The notes under the pieces were generated by a model, which had not been told where the DNA came from, did no database searches, and saw only the letters and a program-made list of their open reading frames with translations. DNA of 60,628 nucleotides, counting the filler, from Dirinaria sp. TL-2023a (lineage: Eukaryota): NCBI GenBank assembly GCA_051941275.1. It is 2 parts of 2 records of this genome, joined end to end, with 100 filler letters (N's around TTAATTAATTAA, not from the genome) between each part and the next. Parts side by side here need not be neighbours in the genome. Positions count along the whole stretch, not along the records: positions 1 to 30,264 come from JAVEBF010000103.1; 1 more part is not named here. The stretch is one strand, 5' to 3'. Both the position numbers and the translations under genes were made by a program. Shown here in pieces: positions 10,793-23,122 of the stretch. How positions within the stretch are numbered: the stretch's first letter is position 1; the number at the start of each line of letters is the position of its first letter.

Positions 10793-12030
10793 TCTGATAA
10801 ATGGATCAGGTAAGGTAGCAGGAAACAATAGCTTAGGGTACCTTAGGTAAGGTATGTAAGGTTGGTTAGGTACGTGCAGGTGTACGTAAGAGTATGGAGC
10901 AGAAATCATGCATAGTGAGGAAAAGTTTGAAAACACTTAAGTCCCGCAACCCTACTTTTTTCAGGGTTGTATGCGGGATCTAACCGTTCGGGGTGATGAG
11001 CTAGCCGTATCAAGCATAAGGTAAGATCAATTTATTAACGTTGCCATCGTCCTCTTTTGCGCTCATGTAGCAGATCGCCAAGTCATCACAGCTTCAGGAA
11101 CTTATAAATGCTCGTGTATCGAAAATCAAACGTTAGAGAATAGTAATAGCAACAGTTGTATGATGATTGCTGAGAGATGTGGCTGTTCCAAGTCTTTTCG
11201 CTAGATGTTGTGCTTTCATCCGATCTTGCCCCACTATGCATGATTTCTGCTCCATACTCTTACCTAACCTGTACGTACGTATAGATCTCGATCAGATGAA
11301 CATCAGGTACGGGGCATATAAGGTAATTGGTAATATCATGGCAGAAGTCCTGTGAAGATTGCGCTAATGCAGTCATGATCATATCTGCCTTCGTACATGA
11401 CGCATGCAATATCCAATGTAACGTCTGCAGTACTGGGTATGCACCATGCTGTTGGCCACTTTTCGAGTATCTTCCTCGCCTCCCTGTCCTAGCGTGTATG
11501 TGTGTCAAAAGCAAGAGGCTCCAGCGATGAAGTATCGCTCTGTAGGCAGTGTCTGAAATTAGAGAATTTTGCAAGGTAGCTAGAGATGAATTACTTTAGA
11601 TTAGGCTAGAGGTTTGAGAGAGGTGGCGGATATAGCGTGGTGTTTCGCGCATACGGACAATGCATTATGACTCAGGAGTCCCTCACAACTGGGTCGAGAA
11701 AGCGCCGATGGCAGCCCATGCATCCACGCAATAATAGCACTGGAAGACCACCACATGGAAGAGAGAAGTAATGGGTATTGAGAAAGACATTTCTCAAAGC
11801 CAAGTAGCTATTTACAGTTAGGGTATCAAAGATATGTCGAGCTATGTCCAATTGTAGAGTCCCGTGAGTGAAGGCTGTATCGCAGGTGGTTTGCTCACCG
11901 CGCAGCACATTTCCCTCGAGTGGCAAGAGCTTCAAGGATGCTCTACCAGTATGTCTTCCAAATCATGCGCCCGAGCGCCCAGCCGGTGTCCCAAGAACGT
12001 CCCATCGCCACGATGTGCCCAAACGTGCCA

Positions 12031-13533
12031 TCATTCCTTCAGTGCACTGGTCATAAACTCCATCGCTGTCATCTTCTCCGGTCCACCTCGTCGAGGTCTC
12101 GAAGGCCCAGGGCTAGTGGGACTGCCAAACTTCGGGGTATCATACGGATTCAAAGAAACTTCGTCGCTGCATGGACTTGGATCACTGTCCGGTCCATGCG
12201 CCCAGTCGGCCACGCTCGGCCTGCTACTTCGGAGGAGCCCGTTGGGCATGACAGGATTATCTAGATCGAGCTGAGGTGGTGGTGCGGCGCGGCGACTGCC
12301 ATGAGGGCACGGCCTCTGGCTCTGGTAGCCGCGGCCGTGAAGATGGAGCTCAGAGTCCTTTGCCTCTACCTCTGATAGAGGTGTCCCAGGTATTCCTCCC
12401 AGCCCATCGTGCGGAGGGAAACCGGGAACCTTATCTTTTGCTGGTCGGAAGCAGGCAGCCGGATTCGTGAAGACATTAAGCTCGTCGTCCACATCTTCCA
12501 CGTGCTGTGTTTTTATAACGCAATTCCTGTCCAGGGAAGGGACCCATTTCAGCCGTCCGTTGGTTTTCGCCCCAAAAGATGACGAGCGCGCATATTCGGA
12601 GAAAGTCGAAGACGGCCGGCTGTCGGTTGACCTCTTGGATTGATGTCGCTTCGGTCTGCTGGGATAGTTCACATATCGACTGATGTTGTTCTTCGACTTT
12701 GTTCGACCTTTGGCCGCAGTCGTGCCCTTCTCCTCCGAATCGTGCACATGCAGCTGCTGCGCACTGTTGACTGAAGAGTTGGCGAGTGTCATTAGCTGGT
12801 TGAGCACGGCGAATTCGAGTTTCAACTTGATAATGTAAACCATCGCTTTCAGTGTGGCTTCGATTTCGTAATTCTTCCCATATTCCATGGCAAGAAGGAC
12901 GACGTCCATTGCGATTATAATCATGTTGATCCAGATCAACTGCATCATGACTTTGCGCGTGCGGCCATGATACACTGGCCGCAGGAGCCTGATGGTGGAG
13001 TAAACGTAGATACCCGAGATGATGAACTCCTGGATACAGAAAGCAGTCATCTGCAGCCGTTCCACCACGTTAAAAGCGCCAGTATATCGAGCCGAATCCT
13101 CCGTATTCGACCCGTAAGTGAGGACAGTGGTAGGAATATGGAAGCAGAATGCATCCACAATTATCATCGCCAGCACGGCTCGCAGCACCTTCTGTTCGCG
13201 AACGACCAAGTGTAGCCTTGAGTAGAGAACGACCGCCTGTCCCGTGACCATGCAATACCATCCTATCGTGATTATTGTGACGGAAATATAATCGATGGAC
13301 GTGAGTTGGAAGAACTTGAGCAGGAAACCTAGCGCATGCAATACGCAGCCCCAACTCGAGATGAGAAGTGACCAGAAGTAGAGACCTCGATGTCGCTTGA
13401 AGGTGAGAAAAACCTGGACGTTGAGCTCGATGGCATTGTACCAGGCCACAGCGGTGAAGGCTGCTATGGCCATGTAAGTCGGGACATCCTTCTCGATGTG
13501 CGCACCGGTAACGCCATCGGGGGTGTTATCCAT
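12031..13533 (-). CDS. Fungal multi-pass integral membrane protein (DUF7703-like, receptor-like) with long disordered C-terminal tail
   Basis: Likely ATG at 13533 (MDNTPDG). About 7 hydrophobic helices with the motifs WYNAIEL, GLYFWSLL, MVTGQAVVLYSRLHL, FCIQEFIISGIY and KLKLEFAVLNQL, followed by an S/P/R-rich tail. Confidence 0.85.
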   Translation of the reverse strand: MDNTPDGVTGAHIEKDVPTYMAIAAFTAVAWYNAIELNVQVFLTFKRHRGLYFWSLLISSWGCVLHALGFLLKFFQLTSIDYISVTIITIGWYCMVTGQAVVLYSRLHLVVREQKVLRAVLAMIIVDAFCFHIPTTVLTYGSNTEDSARYTGAFNVVERLQMTAFCIQEFIISGIYVYSTIRLLRPVYHGRTRKVMMQLIWINMIIIAMDVVLLAMEYGKNYEIEATLKAMVYIIKLKLEFAVLNQLMTLANSSVNSAQQLHVHDSEEKGTTAAKGRTKSKNNISRYVNYPSRPKRHQSKRSTDSRPSSTFSEYARSSSFGAKTNGRLKWVPSLDRNCVIKTQHVEDVDDELNVFTNPAACFRPAKDKVPGFPPHDGLGGIPGTPLSEVEAKDSELHLHGRGYQSQRPCPHGSRRAAPPPQLDLDNPVMPNGLLRSSRPSVADWAHGPDSDPSPCSDEVSLNPYDTPKFGSPTSPGPSRPRRGGPEKMTAMEFMTSALKE

Positions 13534-16443
13534 GCTGCTGGATGGTGGCAAGAGAAGTAGCAGCGAAGGAGAGGACGTGGTAGGACCGAGTTCACGAACG
13601 TCGCACGCACGCACAGGCACACGACCCGGCCATGAACAGCCCGAGGTCGGATTATTGGAGGATGTAGCTGGAGAATCGGATCAGAGGAGGAGAGGAAGAA
13701 GTGGCAAAGAAGAGGGGTGATCACGGAAAATATCATCCAACGTGGTCGATTGCGCATGTAGGAGACGGGGAGCAAGACGCGACGATAGCAGAAAGGCCAG
13801 ACATGATTGATTTCCAGACGGTTTGATTTTTGGTTAAGAACGGGAAAGGGTGGTGGGTGTGGGACATGATGGGTTGCAGGGGGACGGAACGCATAAAAGC
13901 AGAAACGCAAGATTTGGACGGACTGCTGGGGCTGCAGCGCAGGAAGAAACGAGACTCGACTTTCAGCCAGACGCCTCCCACTAGAACTGACTAGTAGGCG
14001 CTGCCTTGGGTTTGCGGGGTAAAGCAGATTGGATGATGGAACGATGGGACTAGACACTAACGCTCGAGCTGCGTTAAGCAGATGCATCTCCCTAGTCGAG
14101 TACCAGCGAGGCTTTTCCCTCCAACTGCTGGAAAGGATCCTGAATTGGGAAGATTGAATCCACACACTAAGGTATTTTACTTTACTGTACTAAGGTACTA
14201 CTGAAGCTGTCCTCCCTACCTATCGTAGGTAAGGTAGTTGACCAATCCACGGTTAGGGACAGATACTCCAGGCTCCTCTGCAGTTGGAGTCCCTGACTCC
14301 CTGGGCGTGCAATTCCCTGGGCCGGGGACTCGACCCACCCAAAAAGGGCGGCTCGGCCATAATTGCCACCGACCCGGTCCCACCGAATCCCAACGGCGGC
14401 CTTTCCATTTCCATCAAAATGTGTCTGATGACGGAGATCCTTCTGACACACTACAGTACAGTACCTTAGTGACTACCTTACCTACCCTGTTACTGTACTT
14501 ACACCCCCTTTGTACGACCTACTTACTGTATTTGCCTTATTACTCGTCATCGTCATGCTGAAACTATCCCGCTCGCTCACTCCTGATTGCGTACTATGGC
14601 CTATGGCCAACAATTCTGTCTGACATGTGCTCGAGGTGGTCGCGGGAAGAAGCAGACGGCTTTCTATTCATGTCAGGATAGTATGTACTCGCAGTCCTTT
14701 AGCCTGACGATAGATATCCGCCACCTCACTGCCACGCGAATCACATATTTCCCGCCACTTCCGATACCTATGTACTGTGCAGTACCCTACCTCAGACGCA
14801 TCAATCATTTCTTCAGCTCGATGATATCCTCCGCCAATCACCAGGAATTAACCGCGCACAGAATCATAGTAATACTCGCCTATTGTTACTCAGCGAGCAA
14901 CCGGGACTCCCAGCGACCCTTGCACACTTTCAGCTTGACGGTTCCGAGTGGATCCAAGTCCCAAATGCTCTGGCATCGAGGCATCCAAACCCACATGGCT
15001 GCCTCTCTCAGGCAAGAAGTTAGCCATGTCGACTTGCACTGCCAGCAGCTTCAGGGCTGCAGCGTACATCGCAGTATGTACATTGACTGATTTTGGTGCT
15101 GCGAGAGCGTTTCAAGGTTCATGCGCGACATCTCTTGCCGGTAGCACAACAACCAGTCAACGTCCGTGTACTTCAGAATGGGGTATCTACCCCGTCTTGG
15201 AGGGATGTCAAACAGTTTCTTCGGTGCGGGCCCTCAGTGTTTTGATTGATGCGCTTGTATTAGGTTTCAGGCGGCGATCCTGGCTTGGCGAACCCCTTAA
15301 GCGTTGAAGCCTCATAGGCACCGTTTAAGCGAGTACCGGCAAGAAGATCAGCAAAACATACCTACCTTACGGCGGGCCATGTGGTGGTACGTCAGGTATG
15401 TACTGTAGGTGGATTATGTCTAAGGTCAGGTAAGTTGCGCCTATGGAATCCTACCACTTGCCTGTGCCCTTTCACCACCCCATCCCCAACAGCACAGCCA
15501 AAGGCCAGAACCTGAACAACTATCATCGCCGAGGCTGAGCTATTATACGGAGAATTTTCCACATGCGCTATCGCGTCTATGGTTACAGGCAGCAGGGGCA
15601 GAGGGCTTCGGCGCCGTGCACACGGCATAGCGAGAATTTCCCGACTGGCGATTATGGTGTAGTCGCTTGAAGACGAATGCGGGGAAGCCGCGTTGCTCGA
15701 ACCCGTTGAACATTGTCCTTGCTTCACCTAAGTATGGTATCTTCGTGCTCGGTGCAAAGGCTTGGACAGACGAATGTTGGGCTAGTCAATAACAGTGGTC
15801 GCTTACAATATTAATGTCCATAAGCTGCCGACTTCCAGAGGCGACCCGAATCGCGAAACTTACCTAGGCATCAGCTGTATGTCTCGTGAGTAATGGGCTA
15901 AAGTTCTCGAGGATTTTGGTCTCAGTATGAATCTCGACCAAATGATTCTATCAGAATAAATCTCCTGAGACCGTGGATGATAAGATTTTTGCAGAAATTA
16001 TTCCAAATATAGTCTATATGATTGGAGAAACCGCGGCTGTTTTGGTAGTAAGCGTTCCCGATACGGCACAGGAAATTTCACCAGTTATCACCAGAAACAG
16101 AAAATGGTAGGAGCTCAATACTAGCTCGCATATTGCATGTATCATCGTCTTTGAAAACGTTAAAGCATGGAAACTCAAATTGGAGATCGTGAAAATGGCC
16201 GGGTTCAGAATACGTGCGGTTTGCATGCGGAATACAGAGTAGAAGTTACTATGACGTTGGAACCGTGGCCATTACGCTAACTACAGGATCAAGATCACCG
16301 ACTGACATATTTAAAAGGCACAGTCTGATGGCGACACTCCGGCGATCATCGTGGGCTAGGAGAATTAATTATCATCGACACTATGCCGCATCTTGCTGAT
16401 CCGTATACTAGTGGCTGTGCGAGCGAAGGCCAGCGTGATGCCG

Positions 16444-16875
16444 CTACGATAACGGGTGCCGTGTTGGAAGCTTTTTAGACCTAGTTCTTGAGCTAAATAT
16501 AGAAGACAACAATGTCTTCTGAGCTTTGCAAGGTTCAATAACGGGCAACATTGCCGTACAAACAGCTTGAGGGCCACGAACGTCGGTATCAGTCAAGGAG
16601 AAGGCGATGGTCGTTGTAGCCCTGTACTGGCTTGACCAGAATGTCGGATTATACCGGGGCAGGGCAGGGCAGTTTGTGCGAAACACTGTACAAGGGCCTT
16701 GGGTTGCTGATCCGGTCAAGGTAGGCTTAAGATCAGTAGCAATCAGGATGTTCTTTGGCCAAGGTCTCTGGCATGCGTGTCAGGTTCCTGCGCCAAGGGT
16801 ATGCCGGATTGTGACAAGTATGATATAAGCTATCGTTACAGAAGCAGCTCCGTAGTAGCGGCGAGGTAGTAGCAT
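16444..16875 (-). pseudogene. Possible decayed small secreted-protein gene
   Basis: The ATG at 16875 gives MLLPRRYYGAASVTIAYIILVTIRHTLGAGT*. A single in-frame TGA (16780-16782) precedes an open Cys-containing frame to 16444. No recognisable family. Confidence 0.25.
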
Positions 16876-17267
16876 AGAGCATTGCAACATAATGATCATT
16901 CCTATCACAAGGCACTCCATGGGTGATGCATAAGCTGATATTTGTTCCCAGTATCCTTATTTGAAGCATACATAGGGTCTAATTGAATGCTGTTAAGAAA
17001 TATCAGCTACTGAGTTGCCTAGGGTCTTCAAGTTTTGTCCCAAGTTAGTCTCAGCGAATCGGTAGTACCGTGTAAGACCGTCATGCCCCCTAGTCTCTCT
17101 GGACGTGAGGTCTCGAAAGCCGAAAGACTGCTGCGAATTTGGCTGGAAGGGGACCCCCTAGATCCTGGCAGGCGAACGTACTCTGGACCGACATTCAGGC
17201 TTCTGACTGCGTCCATGACCAATAGCTAGAAAATTGGGGTCGTAGAAAGCATCTCTAGTGATCCCGC

Positions 17268-18470
17268 CTAAAATGACCGCAGTTCCTGTTGGAACGCCTG
17301 TTTCTTCTCGGTCTCTTTTGTTTCGGCAAGAAGCATGAACATGTGTCTGTCCGAGTCGCATTTGTTCAGGATGATGTCCCCCATGGTATCTTTCATGAAA
17401 GCTGCATCTGGCAATTCGATGACGGTCTTCGTAGTCTCGGCACATAGATTTTCTAGTTTAGATCGGAGCTCGGTCTTGACATTGCGCAGCAGCGTGTTGT
17501 GTGAGATGTGACGACGTTGTAGTCGCTTGCTGCGCTCATCGGTCTCTGCATAATCCATGTCAACCGCCTTCTCAATGGCTTGATTCTGATACGTGATATC
17601 CACATCAGATCCTGCAAGCCAGCGATTGCGGCGATCATTGATGGCTTTCAGAAGATCAATACGACGACGAAGTCGAATATTCTCGGCGCGTATCTGAACG
17701 GATTCATGATGTTGAAGAGAAACTTCCTCAGGCTCCCGACGAGTCACAACCATGTCTTGATCAGGCGCTGTGCGACTTGCCATGGATTGCTCTTGACTTA
17801 GAGATCCAATTTGATGACGTCGATGTCTAACTGCTTGTCTCTCTTTCTCGACAAGCTCGTAAAGCTTGTCGTATTTGTTTTGACCAATCTGACGTCTTGT
17901 GTCGATTGGCTTAGACCCTCCTCTGAGCTCATTAAGTGGGCGCTCAACTTTCACGATTGTGGAAGCTGATGAATGAGGATCGGAAACTGATGCTGCCTGA
18001 TGAGGTCTAAAGACAGAAGATACGGGATGATTCTGATTTGCACCACCTTCCCAACCTTTTGTATGGCAAGAATGATCCTGTCGCGGACTACATGATCTAG
18101 ATCGATCATGAGTTTTTGAAGGTTGGTTACTAGAAGTCCTCCCTGAAGAGTTTCTCTGGAAGGCAGTGGTAGGATATGGTTCGTAATGATCGATTCTAGT
18201 GGGCTGACGATAATAAGCAGGTTCATAGTGATCTATCCTCTGAGCAGAACGAGAGCGAGCAACGTGTTTGCTACTGTTTCTTTCAAGATTTTGAACATCT
18301 GCAGACCGTGGTGAGACATAGGATCCAGGTGGAGAGAGCCTACCATTGCTATCATGGTCTGCTAACGCAGCTCAGTGAGAATTTTGTCATGATCAATTAA
18401 AGTGGTGAGGCATACCTCTCAGCTCCTGACGATGTCCAGGTGCACTGTTGTTCCTTAGAGAACTTGTCAT
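17268..18470 (-). CDS. Hypothetical ~382-aa protein, disordered N-half and coiled-coil C-half (exons 18470-18416, 18361-17268)
   Basis: The frame of ORF 17268-17954 stays open upstream to 18361. An ATG exon at 18470 joins it through a phase-compatible GTATG...TTAG intron. The C-half is heptad-like and E/R/K/L-rich. Confidence 0.6.
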
Positions 18471-19018
18471 AGCTTCAAGGAAACGGTCCGCTGGATGGCT
18501 AGCCATTCTGATTCTGCAGCCTTGCCTTGAGGAGTGGCACTATGTGAGGGACTGCCTCAACTTACACAGCCAAATAGACCTTTTGATTTGTGCAACTTTA
18601 TTCAAGGTAGATAATGTGTATGCTAGGTATTGCTTGAATGGTCTCATAAGAGCCTCGAAACTCCATCAGGGATTCATTAGCCAAGTGTTAGTAGACTTGA
18701 GTACTCTTGGATTTGGAGATGGATGTCTTGAAAACAGTCCCATAAGATATACTTTGCAGTCAATCAAATCATAGAAACCCACTTCACGAGCTCTCTAGAT
18801 TCAGAACGTCTAATTACGTAATGAGCCATCAAGCTCTCAATCCAACAGAAAAAGCTCATTGTACCCACCCTCGCCAATCACACGCACTGATAAAGTAGGT
18901 TTTTTACACTAATGCCATGCTGAAAATAGCTTCAAGTTCCCTTTCATAAACCCACATATGCCATCTTGGAAGCATCACAAGGCTTTCTGCTAATGTCTGT
19001 CTATGCTTTATTTCTCAT

Positions 19019-22000
19019 TCAAGGGATATCAAACAAACCCTTCAGTTTCTTGACAAGCGCCCACTCTTCGTTGCTGACATCTGCTCTGTAGAATTCTTTG
19101 AGTGTATCAATGCTTTGTCTTGATATTAGGGAATACAATGTATCTTTCTCTTCAAGGTGTCGGCCGTACATAGGCTGATTGGGTCCTTCAATTTTGACAG
19201 CTACTGAGGGTTGGCCTTTCTTGCAGACTTGGATCTGTTTATGGTCTCGTTCGATAGATTGACTGCGCAGGGGCAGTCAGTGTATGAAACATTGCAGCCA
19301 GGAATTTAAAAAAAAAAGGGGAGAGATTTCAAATCTTGCAAAGGAAGGACTTACACTCTGCCTAGGCTAACAATCTCCTTGACGTTGGTGACAGAGTTTG
19401 TTCTGACAGCAGCGATGGGAGTAAGTAGTTTGAGGTTGCCTTCGGTGACGTCCACACCGACTACAATAGGATCTTTCTTGTTGAAGACAGCAACAGGGGA
19501 CAGCACGCACGGAAAAACTGCCAATAGCTTGCTGTCTTCCTTCCTCTGCTCCACCAGCTGTGCCATATGCTTTGTAAACTCATCGAATAGATGGTAGATG
19601 ATATCCGCCGTGAATATCTTGACACCAACCTCGTCCGCATAAGCTTGAGCTTCTTTGTCCACTTTGACATCGAAACACAACATCACGGCATACTCCTTGG
19701 CCTTCTCAAGCATAATGCCTGCAGACATCACATCCCGCTTGTAGACAGGACCAATTGAGATATTAGCGACAGGAATTTTTGAGACCTTCAAAAATTCCAG
19801 AAGTGCCTCAAGAGAGCCCAGGGTAGATGCCTGAACGCTGACGCCCCGGCCGGTCCTAGAAACCTTGCCAAGCAGGTTCTCTATATCAGACATCACCTCC
19901 TCTTCAAGATCCTCTATATCATCTTCGGGACCGGCAACAAGAAGCCGGGATCCAGCGATAGCGTTCTCAAGGCCTTCAGCAGCTATCTTGACACCCAATG
20001 ACGCTTTGCACTCCTGATTGTGGACGTATTGCGACTTCAACCGCAGTTCCTTGAGTGGTGCAGGCGTGAGCAAGGCTCGTATCTTCGTAGAGATAGCTCC
20101 ATTCAGACCACATAGGACGATGGTGTCACCCTCGCGAAGGACGCCATTGGATATAACAACATCAATAGTAGTGCCAAGACCCTCGATGACCTTGACCTCC
20201 AGAACGGTGCACTCAACTTCAGAAAGGTACATGAGCTTGTTCGTCATTCGCTCCTGCGTTAACGTGACGAGAAGCTTTAGCATGTCAGGTATGCCTTCGC
20301 CTGTGTGGGCCGATGTCGGTACCAACGATACGTTCTTGGCCATTGATTTGTTCTCGGAGTACAGCTCGGCATTGAAACCTTGCTCCGCAAAGGCCAGCTT
20401 GGTTTTATCCAACCGATCGCGGAATTCGTTGTGAACTGCTTTGTTCTGTGCTGCTAAACTCTCGATGAATCCGTTGTTGTCAATCTTCTTCCACCCGTAC
20501 AAGCGGTCGATTTTATTCAGAGCAACTATGAAAGGAGTTTTTCGGTCGCGCAGGAGTCTCATGGACTCAAGCGTTTGCTGCTCCAGACCATGCATTATGT
20601 CAACGACGAGAATGGCAATGTTGCAAAGAGAAGATCCACGCGAGCGAAGATTCGTGAAAGACTCGTGACCAGGAGTATCAATGACAAGCAATCCAGGTAC
20701 CTTGAATTCGAAAGACCCGTCCTGATTCACTACTTGGGTCTTGCTCTGTAAAGCATCAACTGGAAAGTATGTAGCGCCTATCTGCTGCGTAATGCCACCA
20801 GCTTCGCCTTCCTGAACGTTTGTTTGTCGTATTTTGTCGAGTAATTTCGTTTTCCCTGTATCGACGTGGCCTAAGATACAGCATATCGGGGAGCGCAGAT
20901 TGTCCTTCGATCGAGCAGCAAGTGCCTTCTCATGCTGTTTCTGCCGCCGAGCAGCAGCTTCGGCCTTCTTCTGCGCCGCAGCCCGCTTTGTAGCCGTCAT
21001 ACCTTCATCTGAGGATTCGCTTGATGATTCGGACTCTGAATGAGGTTCCGCTGCCTGGGTTTGTAACCTGCCCTGCACAGGCCTCGTCGTTAGATCAGTC
21101 TTCGTCAGAGTATTCGAAGACGGTACTTGGGGTTTGGGTGGTGTGGTGGTCGAGGAACCAGATTCTCCATCCTCGGAGCTAGCGTCCCAGCTCTCCTTGA
21201 CATCATCATCGGCATCAGCAACTTTCTCCCAGTCATCTAGGGCATCACTGTCTGATTGCACCGTAGCGGTGGCAGTTTCAGCATCGGCTTCGGCTTTCAC
21301 CCTCTCCTCCTCCCGCCTCTCATGCTCTTTCTCCTCCTCCTGTCTTGTAGCTTCAGCTTCTTCCGCAGCTTTCTCCTGTTCTGCCTTACTATCGTCCGCT
21401 GCTTTTTTGGTATGTTTCTTCTTCTTGTCGTAGACAGGTTTTCTCTTCTCCGAGGGCTCGTCCAAGCCAGCCACTTTGCCTCCGGCAGCAAGCATCTGCT
21501 GTCTTTTCAGTTCATTCCGCTGAGCAACTTCCTTTTGCGCTTTAGTAAGTAGTTTGCCTTCTTTCTTTAGTTGTTCTTTCTTCTCCTTCTCCTTCTCCTT
21601 CTTCCGCAATCTTGCCTCTTCCTTTCGTTTTTCGTCTTCTGCAGCCTGCCTCTCCTCCTCTTCAATACGAGCTTTCTCTTCGGCTGCTAGTCTTGCCTGC
21701 TCCTCTTGCTGCTTCCGTAGAGCTTCTTGCTGCCTTTGAAGGGCTGCTAAATGAGGAGGCAGCTTCTTCTTGGACTTAGCTGTATCGGCTGCAGAGGCTG
21801 GCTCTACTTTCGTTTCTGCAATTTCTTTGACGGGTTCCGCTTTGGGCGTAGACACCGCTGGACCAGTCTTCTTCTTCGCAGCCTATAATGTAGACAAGCA
21901 TTAGCTTCCCCATTACAATAGTTTTTACAGGCAGAAACCATTACCTGCTCTTTCTTCCTTTGCTTTTCCCTCTCTTTCTTCTCTTTCTCCTTCTCCTTCT

Positions 22001-22454
22001 TGCTTTTTAGCCCTCCTCCCTCGTCTAAGTCCACCACCCCATCGTCCTTCACTTCTATTTCGGCTTTTCCTTGCTTGCCTTTGTCGCCCTTGACTTTAGT
22101 AACGTGTGCATCGAATAAATCGTCAGCGTTTGCTTCCTCCGGCGCCTTTGCTGCAAGATCTTGGATGCCATCTGACACCGTGAGAGGGCTGATTTCATTC
22201 GATGCCGGATCGTCCTCCCCGTCCAGGTAATCCTCGGCAACGTGCTTTCCTTTTTTTTGCTTTTTGCTTTTGTTCTTCTTCAAGGCAGCTAGCAGACCCC
22301 CACCTCCAGCCTCAGGTGGGTCGTCTGGTGCATCTTGAGAGGCTGTCGTCTCCTTTCCTCCCTCGGCAGCAGCAGCAATGGGATCTACTGTTTCTCCGAG
22401 CTCGGACGCCCAGTCGTCATTACCCTTTCTAGTCCCCTTCTTCTTCGGCGCCAT
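19019..22454 (-). CDS. FUN12: Eukaryotic translation initiation factor 5B (exons 22454-21945, 21882-19355, 19262-19019)
   Basis: Charged N-terminus, then [39 protein letters not shown] and NKID GTPase motifs, ending ...LFDIP*. Two canonical GT-AG introns restore the frame. Confidence 0.97.
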
Positions 22455-23122
22455 GATAAGCGCAGGCTGGCGTGAGCATGGGCAGAGATATGAAATAAAA
22501 CACGATAGTGGAGTTGACTCACTTGAAGTGTTTAATGTCGGCCTTGGATTGTTTGTTGAGCGCTATGCTACTTGAGGTATGACTAGCGAGCTCAGCCCTA
22601 AGAGTGCTCAGAGTGAAAACAGAGATGGTCCTAACCGGTCTTACGTCATATGTATGTAATCTTACCTTACTAGCTTACTTTACTTGAACCACTTACCTTA
22701 TGATCGCTCTTCAGGTCCAGTTCAAGACAACCCTTATCATCATTTTCTCTCAGTATACCTGCACGCCCTTTAGTCACAGCGAATCTTGAAAAGGCACATG
22801 CGAAGCAAGTCTCAACAGAGTGTGAATTGAAGCAGATGGTGCTTTGTCTGGCTCAGGGGATCCGGTATAAGGTACCCTTAACTTGTAGGCTGACCTTTGT
22901 GTAGGTCATCTGATCAGCGAGAACTGCGACTCTTATGTGAAATCGGTACCAAAGATCCCGCTACTTCTAGCTAATCTTACATGTAAACGTAAAGTGGAAG
23001 TTTGCAATGTTGATCAGGATGGAAAGTACCCGCAGTGTTACTGCAATCCCGTCTATATGCCCGCGCTATGCTTTCCACCCCCTTATGATGCCCTCAATAC
23101 CAACCAGAGCGCCAAATTTCCT

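Noticed and set aside
13464..14165. 233-aa minus-strand ORF upstream of the membrane-protein gene
   Set aside because: GTG start, no domain-like features, and it overlaps the real gene's start in another frame. Probably 5' UTR/promoter sequence.
20018..22432. Plus-strand S/F-rich ORFs overlapping eIF5B (and similar antisense ORFs over other genes)
   Set aside because: These are antisense shadows of real coding sequence.
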